A stretch of 11,607 bases of DNA. Source: Planctomycetota bacterium (GTDB lineage Bacteria > Planctomycetota > SZUA-567 > H5-PLA8). The stretch covers positions 1 to 11,607 of the forward strand of contig JBBRPR010000116.1 of the NCBI GenBank assembly GCA_038227875.1. Reading direction: 5' to 3'. This document shows positions 6,228 to 11,607 of the stretch, in pieces. A program made the position numbers and the translations under genes. The notes beneath the pieces were generated by a model that saw nothing but the letters and a program-made list of their open reading frames with translations, did not search any database and was not told the DNA's origin. Within the stretch, counting starts at the first letter, position 1; every line of letters starts with the position of its first letter.

Positions 6228-7808
6228 TCAGTTCACTCGCACCTTCTCCCCTTCCTTCAACCCATCCACAATCTCGACCGCGTTGTTGTCGTACCGTCCC
6301 AGCTTCAACATGCGCCGCGTCGTCGAACCGCCGGAGACCACATCCGCGTACGGCGCGCCGTCTTTGTCGTACGCCACGGCCGTCCACGGAATGCGCAGCG
6401 CGGAAACTACCGGGCAGAGGTTGATCGTCACTTCCGCCGTGTAACCGATGCGCATCTTCTTCATCATTTCGGGGGCAAGGCCGTCAAAGTCCAGCTTCGC
6501 TTCGACCACGTTCACGAACGCTTCGCCGTTGCGCCGGGAGGCCAGGCCCGAGAGCGCCACGTTTTTGTCCTGAGCCACCAGCGCCAGCTTCGAGACTTTC
6601 GCCTTGAACGACGTGTTCGGGAACGCACGGAGCTTTATTTCGGCTGGCTGTTCCACGGCGACGTTCTTGACGTCCGCTTCGCTGATCAACACGCGCACCC
6701 GCAACGCGGAGACGTCGCAGATCACGCACAGATCCGATCCCTGCGGACGCTGCTCGCCGATCTGGATGGGCGTGTTCGATTTTCCCGGCCCTTTCCACAC
6801 GTCGATAAACGAGGCGCGCCCGCGGACCGGCGCGCGGATCGTCGCGCTGTCGTAGACTTTTTGTTTGCGCTTCAGATCGCGCTGCGCGTTTTCGAACTGG
6901 ATCTTCGAGAGCGTCAGCTGGGCGGAATAGACTTTCAAGTCGGCATCGCGGTTGAACGTCGTCACCGCCAGCTGCTTCTGAGCGTCCTTCACCGCCAGAT
7001 CGGCGACGCGCTTGGCGTCCAGCGTCGAACCTTCCGTCTGAGCGTCGTGGATCACCTTCGCCTTCAGGTAATTGACGGTGTTGGTGGCGACGTCGAGCGC
7101 CTTCTTCTTGCGCTGTGCGTCGGCGACGAAACCGCGCTTGGACAGGTCTTCGGTGATCTCCAATTCGTGCTTGGCCGCGGCCAGGGACAGGTCGGCGGAC
7201 TCCAGCGCCAGCTCGCCGTCCTTGCGGTCGGCTTCGTGCGGAAAATTGTAGATCTCGTCGCGGTCCAGTTCGGCCTGCTTCAACGCGATTTCCTTCTGCC
7301 GCACCAGGCACTGGTACCGTTCGCGCGTGTAGTTGAGCTGCGATTCGACCCGGTGAACGCTGTCTTCCCGGTCTTTCAACGTCTGGTCGGCGGTGACAAG
7401 GTCTTCTTCCAGATTGCTGGAATCGAAGCGCACGATCGGCTCGCCGGCTTCCACGAACGTGCCGTCGTCGATCTTCCACACCACTTCGCCTTGAAACGGA
7501 CTCAACACCGGCGTTTCCGTGAGCGCTTCGATTGCGCCAAGTTCATGCAGCGAACCGCCGCAGTCCGCGCGCTCGACCGTCGCCGTCTTGATCGTCACGT
7601 CGGTGCCGCCGCCGCCAAAAACCGTCGCAGCCACGATGGCAATGCCGATGCAGCACACCACCAGAATGATCAGCCACTTCGACGAACTGCCGGATTCCTT
7701 CACCGCGCTGGGCACGCGAATCGGCACCACGGGGCCGATGGGCGCCAGCGGCGCGCTGTGGCCCGCGTTCTCGAATTTCGTCTGCGGTTTTGTGCGCGTG
7801 CTGGACAT
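6228..7808 (-). CDS. Efflux periplasmic adaptor subunit (membrane fusion protein) 3, 526 aa
   Basis: N-terminal TM; lipoyl half-motifs SPFQGEVVWKIDDGTFVEAGEPIVRFD and IRAPVRG; long helical insert; ISEADVKNVAVEQPA barrel; C-terminal VEIVDGLKEGEKV. Confidence 0.92.
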   Translation of the reverse strand: MSSTRTKPQTKFENAGHSAPLAPIGPVVPIRVPSAVKESGSSSKWLIILVVCCIGIAIVAATVFGGGGTDVTIKTATVERADCGGSLHELGAIEALTETPVLSPFQGEVVWKIDDGTFVEAGEPIVRFDSSNLEEDLVTADQTLKDREDSVHRVESQLNYTRERYQCLVRQKEIALKQAELDRDEIYNFPHEADRKDGELALESADLSLAAAKHELEITEDLSKRGFVADAQRKKKALDVATNTVNYLKAKVIHDAQTEGSTLDAKRVADLAVKDAQKQLAVTTFNRDADLKVYSAQLTLSKIQFENAQRDLKRKQKVYDSATIRAPVRGRASFIDVWKGPGKSNTPIQIGEQRPQGSDLCVICDVSALRVRVLISEADVKNVAVEQPAEIKLRAFPNTSFKAKVSKLALVAQDKNVALSGLASRRNGEAFVNVVEAKLDFDGLAPEMMKKMRIGYTAEVTINLCPVVSALRIPWTAVAYDKDGAPYADVVSGGSTTRRMLKLGRYDNNAVEIVDGLKEGEKVRVN

Positions 7809-7874
7809 GCCATTCCTGTTCCGAGTGAAAACCGTCTGTCCTGTTGCGTTACAACCCGACCTCGCGCTTGCCCT

Positions 7875-9395
7875 CTAGGGAAGTGTCTGCGCCACGCGGG
7901 CGCCCGAATCTTTTGTGGACGTCGCCGATGACGTCGGTGTCGATTCCCGCCGCACATCCATCACCCACACCCGGTCGCCTTCCGCCAGCCCTTCAACCGC
8001 CGCAGTGGTTTCGTCCTGCGCCACCACATTGACCGGCTTGCGTTGCGGGCCGGATCCCGTTTCCACATTCACCGTGTACTTGCCGTTGCCGTCCTTGAAC
8101 AAGGCGATGCGCGGAATGACCAGCGCGTTGTCGACGGAACGGACAATGATGTCGACGTTGGAGCGCAGACCCAGCCGCAGACCGTCGGCGACGTTATCGA
8201 TCTCAACAGTGACGTCGAAGACCTGGCGATTGGCCGTGCCGGAGATCGCCGTCGTTTCAGGCAGGAATAATTCGAATTCGTCGCGCCCTTTTTCGGCGAC
8301 CTTCGTCACCTTGCCGGTGAACGGCGCGCCGGTCCAGCCCGCCGGGCGAATTTCCGCCAGCTGCCCGACCTTGACGTCGGCCACGCGCGCTTCGTCGATG
8401 GTCAGCGCCGCGCGCATCTTCGAGAAATCCGGAATCGACATCACCTTCACGCCGTCCCAGACCTGCCGCCCCGGCGCGAACGCATACCAGCGCCCCTTGG
8501 CGTACACCGTCACGCCCGGCCCCGGCGCGATGCAGACGCAGTGGTCCAGGTCTTCCTGCACTTTCTTCAGCTGCATCTTCAGGCCGTCCATGCCGTTGAC
8601 GAAGCGTTCCTCGTCGCGCTTGATGTTCGATTCCAGCAGCGCCACTTTTTCGCGCGCGGCCTTCAAGGTCTTCTCCGCGTCGTGGACTTTCAATTCCTGC
8701 GACGCGATCTGGATCGGGTCGAGCGTATCCAGCCGGGTCAGCCCGATCTGCGCGTTGACCAGCTGCGATTTCTGCAAGTCCGCCGCCAGCCGCTTGGTGC
8801 GCACTTCTTCCTTGGCGACATAACCGGCCTTGCCCAGCTCGTTGAGAATGCGGTACTCGTCTTCGCTCGCGGCCAGCAGCGCCTTGTTGTTGCTGACATT
8901 GGATTCGGCGTTGGTCTGGTCGGTCACCGTCGGCCCTTTGCGCAGTTCCGCCAGCCGCAGCGTCTCCAGTTCGGCGCGCAGTTCGTAGGTCACGACGTCC
9001 AGCTTGGCCTGGTTGAGCGCCTTGGCCGAATCCTGGCGTGCTTTTTCATTCTCCGCGTTGCGCCCGCGGATCGATGCCTGCAGATCTTCGACCGCGTCGC
9101 GGAACTGCGTGTCGTCGATCTTCATCACCACGTCGTCTTTTTTCACCGCCGTGCCCTGCGGCACCAATTCCTGGATCGTTCCGGAGACGCGCGAGAAGAT
9201 CGTCTCTTCTTTCAGCGGCTGCAGAATCCCCAGTCGGTGCACGACCTGCTTGAAGGAACGGCGTTCAACTTTGGCGATGCGGAAATCCGACGTCACCGGC
9301 CCGGGCGCAGACATGAAATACTTCACCGCGACGCCGCCGATGGCCAGCAGTGCCAGCGCGATCAGAATCGAACGCTTCCCCGAAGGCTTGCTCAT
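7875..9395 (-). CDS. Efflux periplasmic adaptor subunit (membrane fusion protein) 2, 506 aa
   Basis: TM ILIALALLAIGGVAV; SRVSGTIQELVPQGTAVKKDDVVMKID and CIAPGPG; IDEARVADVKVGQLA; GLAEGDRV. Start overlaps the upstream stop (ATGA). Confidence 0.92.
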   Translation of the reverse strand: MSKPSGKRSILIALALLAIGGVAVKYFMSAPGPVTSDFRIAKVERRSFKQVVHRLGILQPLKEETIFSRVSGTIQELVPQGTAVKKDDVVMKIDDTQFRDAVEDLQASIRGRNAENEKARQDSAKALNQAKLDVVTYELRAELETLRLAELRKGPTVTDQTNAESNVSNNKALLAASEDEYRILNELGKAGYVAKEEVRTKRLAADLQKSQLVNAQIGLTRLDTLDPIQIASQELKVHDAEKTLKAAREKVALLESNIKRDEERFVNGMDGLKMQLKKVQEDLDHCVCIAPGPGVTVYAKGRWYAFAPGRQVWDGVKVMSIPDFSKMRAALTIDEARVADVKVGQLAEIRPAGWTGAPFTGKVTKVAEKGRDEFELFLPETTAISGTANRQVFDVTVEIDNVADGLRLGLRSNVDIIVRSVDNALVIPRIALFKDGNGKYTVNVETGSGPQRKPVNVVAQDETTAAVEGLAEGDRVWVMDVRRESTPTSSATSTKDSGARVAQTLP

Positions 9396-11056
9396 TCCCT
9401 GCGCCCTCGCTTGCGAGGGCGGTCGTCGGCCGGCGGCGCTTCCGGAACCGGCGCGGCCTCCTTCTCGTTCTTGTCCGTCTTCTTGGCCTTCGCGTCCTTG
9501 GCTTTTTCCGGCGGCGTCACTTCCGGCGCGGAGATCACTTTCTCGCCTTCGTTCAAGCCGCTGGTCACCACGAACGCATGCGCCGACTGCGCACCCAGCT
9601 CTACCTTACGCCAGGTCGGCGACGTGCCTTCATCGGTGACGACTTGAACATACGTGCCGCCCTCGCGCCGCACGACAGAGCTGGCGGGAATCGAGAGCAC
9701 ATCCTTGAGCAACTCGCCGGGAAATTCCACCGTCGCCTGGAAACCGTCGCGCAGCCGCGTCGGATCGCTCTCCTTCAATTCCACTTCCACGTCGAACACG
9801 CGCACGCCGGCCATGCCCTGCGCCTTCACGTCCGCGTCGGACAGCTTCGCGTTGCGATCGCGCGCCCAGCCGTCGATCCACGTCACTTCCGCCGTGTAGA
9901 CCACGTCCGGCAGCGTCTTCACCGATACCCGCGCCGCCGAGCCCGCCGATCCCGCCTGGCCGCCGGACTTCGCCACCAGCCGCTGCACAAACGATTCCGG
10001 AACCTGCGTGCGCACTTTCATGCTTTCGTAATTGGGCAGATCAATCGGGCTGTTCCACGGTCCGACCCGGTCGCCGACTTCCACCTTCTTGTTCAAGTCG
10101 CGGTTGACGATGCGGTAAACGACCACGCCATCGTGCGGCGCGCGGACGACGCTGTGTTCCAGATCGCGCAGGCAGCGGTCGAGCTTCCGTTTCGAGGCTT
10201 CGACGCCATGTTCGGCCGCGCGGATGCGCACCGCGTAGTCGTCGGTCTGATCCTTGATGTCCAGTTCCTTCAACGCCAGGTCCAGGCCCGCGGTCTCGCG
10301 CGCCAGCGCCGCCTTTTTCCGGTCGTACTCCAGCGGGCCGCCCAGGATCGTATCGGCCTTGATCTGCGCGCGCTTCATGCCGACCAGCGAGGTCTTGTAC
10401 GCCAGGTCCTTGGTGCGCAGATCGCCGGTCGAAGCGAAGCCTTTGTCGAACAATTCCTGAGTGATCTCCAGTCCGTGCTTGTCGGACTGCAGCTGCGTCT
10501 GCGCCGTCTCGAGAACGTTGGCCGCGTCGCGCTTGTCGATCTCCTGCGGATGCGAGAGCAGGTCGTCTTCTTTCAACTTGGCGAGATTGGTATTGTCCTT
10601 CTGAAACGCCAGTTCCGTCGCCAGCCGTTTGACGTCCAGATCGCGTTGCTGCTGCTGCTGCGCCAGGTTGAGCTGCGCCGAGGCCAGTTCATCCTGCAAT
10701 TGCTTGGAACGGTCTTCGAGCTGCCGCGTTTCCAGGCTGAAGACTTTCTCCCCCTTCTTAACGAGCGTGCCTTCCGGAACAATGAACCCGAGCATGCCTT
10801 GAGTCGGGGAGGCGAGGGTGGTGACCTGGACTGGCCGGAGCTCGCCGACTTCGACACAGACTTCCTCAAAGTCGCCACGCTTGACGACCGCGATATCCTG
10901 GCCATTTTCCGCCGAAGCAACTTTGGAGTCCTGCTCGCCGTGCACTTTAAAGTGGCGAGAAGTAGAGGTGACAAGAACGCCGCCGATAGCCGCGACGAGG
11001 AGAACCAGGGTCCAGCGACCGAGTGTAGTAAGAAGTGGTATTTTACTCATGCGCAT
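9392..11056 (-). CDS. Efflux periplasmic adaptor subunit (membrane fusion protein) 1, about 554 aa; true start may be ATG at 11050
   Basis: TM WTLVLLVAAIGGVLV; SPTQGMLGFIVPEGTLVKKGEKVFSLE and VRAPHDGVVVY; GLNEGEKVI; Lys/Pro-rich tail. GGTGA lies 6 nt before the 11050 ATG. Confidence 0.92.
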   Translation of the reverse strand: MRMSKIPLLTTLGRWTLVLLVAAIGGVLVTSTSRHFKVHGEQDSKVASAENGQDIAVVKRGDFEEVCVEVGELRPVQVTTLASPTQGMLGFIVPEGTLVKKGEKVFSLETRQLEDRSKQLQDELASAQLNLAQQQQQRDLDVKRLATELAFQKDNTNLAKLKEDDLLSHPQEIDKRDAANVLETAQTQLQSDKHGLEITQELFDKGFASTGDLRTKDLAYKTSLVGMKRAQIKADTILGGPLEYDRKKAALARETAGLDLALKELDIKDQTDDYAVRIRAAEHGVEASKRKLDRCLRDLEHSVVRAPHDGVVVYRIVNRDLNKKVEVGDRVGPWNSPIDLPNYESMKVRTQVPESFVQRLVAKSGGQAGSAGSAARVSVKTLPDVVYTAEVTWIDGWARDRNAKLSDADVKAQGMAGVRVFDVEVELKESDPTRLRDGFQATVEFPGELLKDVLSIPASSVVRREGGTYVQVVTDEGTSPTWRKVELGAQSAHAFVVTSGLNEGEKVISAPEVTPPEKAKDAKAKKTDKNEKEAAPVPEAPPADDRPRKRGRRE

Positions 11057-11358
11057 TCACCATCTTACATACACCAATCCAGAACCCCAGAGGTCAACAG
11101 AACCTACATTTTTAAGCCACAAGTACAGATGTCCCATTAATGTAACTCAGATATCACATGGAACTAGGATGCGCAAAGGGTGCACATTAATATCCAAAGA
11201 TATTTTACGCACAATGCGATGGAAAGCGAGGGAATTAGTACCACGACCACTAGGCCGAAAGAGGGTTTCGCCCCGCAAGGATGCCCGATCCGAGTTCGAA
11301 TAATCCCATAGGTGAGCAGGCGAACAAGGACCTCCCAAGAACAAGCACGCCCAATCCT

Positions 11359-11386
11359 CCCCCCCTTGAAAAAGGGGGGCTGGGGG
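11359..11386. repeat. REP-like palindrome CCCCCCTT-GAAA-AAGGGGGG followed by CTGGGGG
   Basis: 8-bp stem (11360-11367/11372-11379) with GAAA loop and trailing G-run; single copy in this window. Confidence 0.5.
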
Positions 11387-11431
11387 CCAAGTCAGCCGGA
11401 TAACCCCACAAAAAAACTGGCTACTTTTCCC

Positions 11432-11461
11432 TTGCAGTCCGCCCTCACATTAGGGTAATGT
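11432..11461 (+). promoter_or_regulatory. Candidate promoter for the divergent gene
   Basis: TTGCAG-18 bp-TAATGT preceded by an A-tract. Confidence 0.3.
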
Positions 11462-11598
11462 TACGTCACCTGCGAACGTCCGTCCTTATCGCTGAAACGC
11501 GGTCCGGCGCTCGCCAACTTTCTCCCACACAACCCAGCACACCGATCAAAGCGCCTAGCGCCTTCGTGTCGCTCCGTGGGCAAAGAAAGGAAGTACCT

Positions 11599-11607
11599 AT
11601 GAAAACG
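11599..11607 (+). CDS. Start of a divergent gene (MKT...), truncated by the window edge
   Basis: GAAAGGAAG SD-like sequence followed by ATG AAA ACG; only three codons visible. Confidence 0.45.

Noticed and set aside
4146..7479. Alternative-frame minus ORFs 4146-4829 and 6484-7479
   Set aside because: Arg/Gly/Pro-rich off-frame readings inside ppk2 and adaptor 3; no frameshift is needed because the main frames are intact.
10650..10665. CAG run encoding QQQQQ in adaptor 1 as a phase-variable repeat
   Set aside because: Short in-frame triplet run inside a length-conserved coiled coil.
11062..11097. Promoter TTGACC...TAAGAT for the adaptor operon
   Set aside because: Spacing is 24 bp, incompatible with sigma70 geometry.
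4319..11140. Long plus-strand ORFs (4319-5431, 5424-6146, 6861-7931, 7915-8823, 8541-9647, 9350-11140)
   Set aside because: Antisense shadows of well-supported high-GC genes; no recognisable motifs.
11147..11344. 65-aa minus-strand ORF upstream of adaptor 1
   Set aside because: No SD, atypical codon use and no motif; likely non-coding promoter DNA.

Overview
Bacterial chromosomal window with nearly all genes on the minus strand. Right to left: (1) an operon of three tandem periplasmic adaptor (membrane fusion protein, MacA/HlyD-type) genes plus a stand-alone MacB/LolD-family ABC ATPase, with no permease or TolC gene inside the unit; (2) polyphosphate kinase 2; (3) a structured intergenic region; (4) an FtsB/DivIC-like protein with a Pro-rich tail; (5) a small secreted protein with promoter and terminator; (6) the tmRNA gene ssrA (tag ATHNEMALAA); (7) beyond its 3' end, a lower-GC probable integrated element with att-arm-like repeats and four orphan ORFs. 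The most striking feature is that the three divergent adaptors have alpha-helical inserts matched to within one residue (196/195/196 aa) and share an ungapped barrel-loop motif. This suggests, by inference, a hetero-oligomeric, extra-long adaptor funnel for a MacB-type transporter. No searches or folding programs were run; family calls rest on motifs read by eye.
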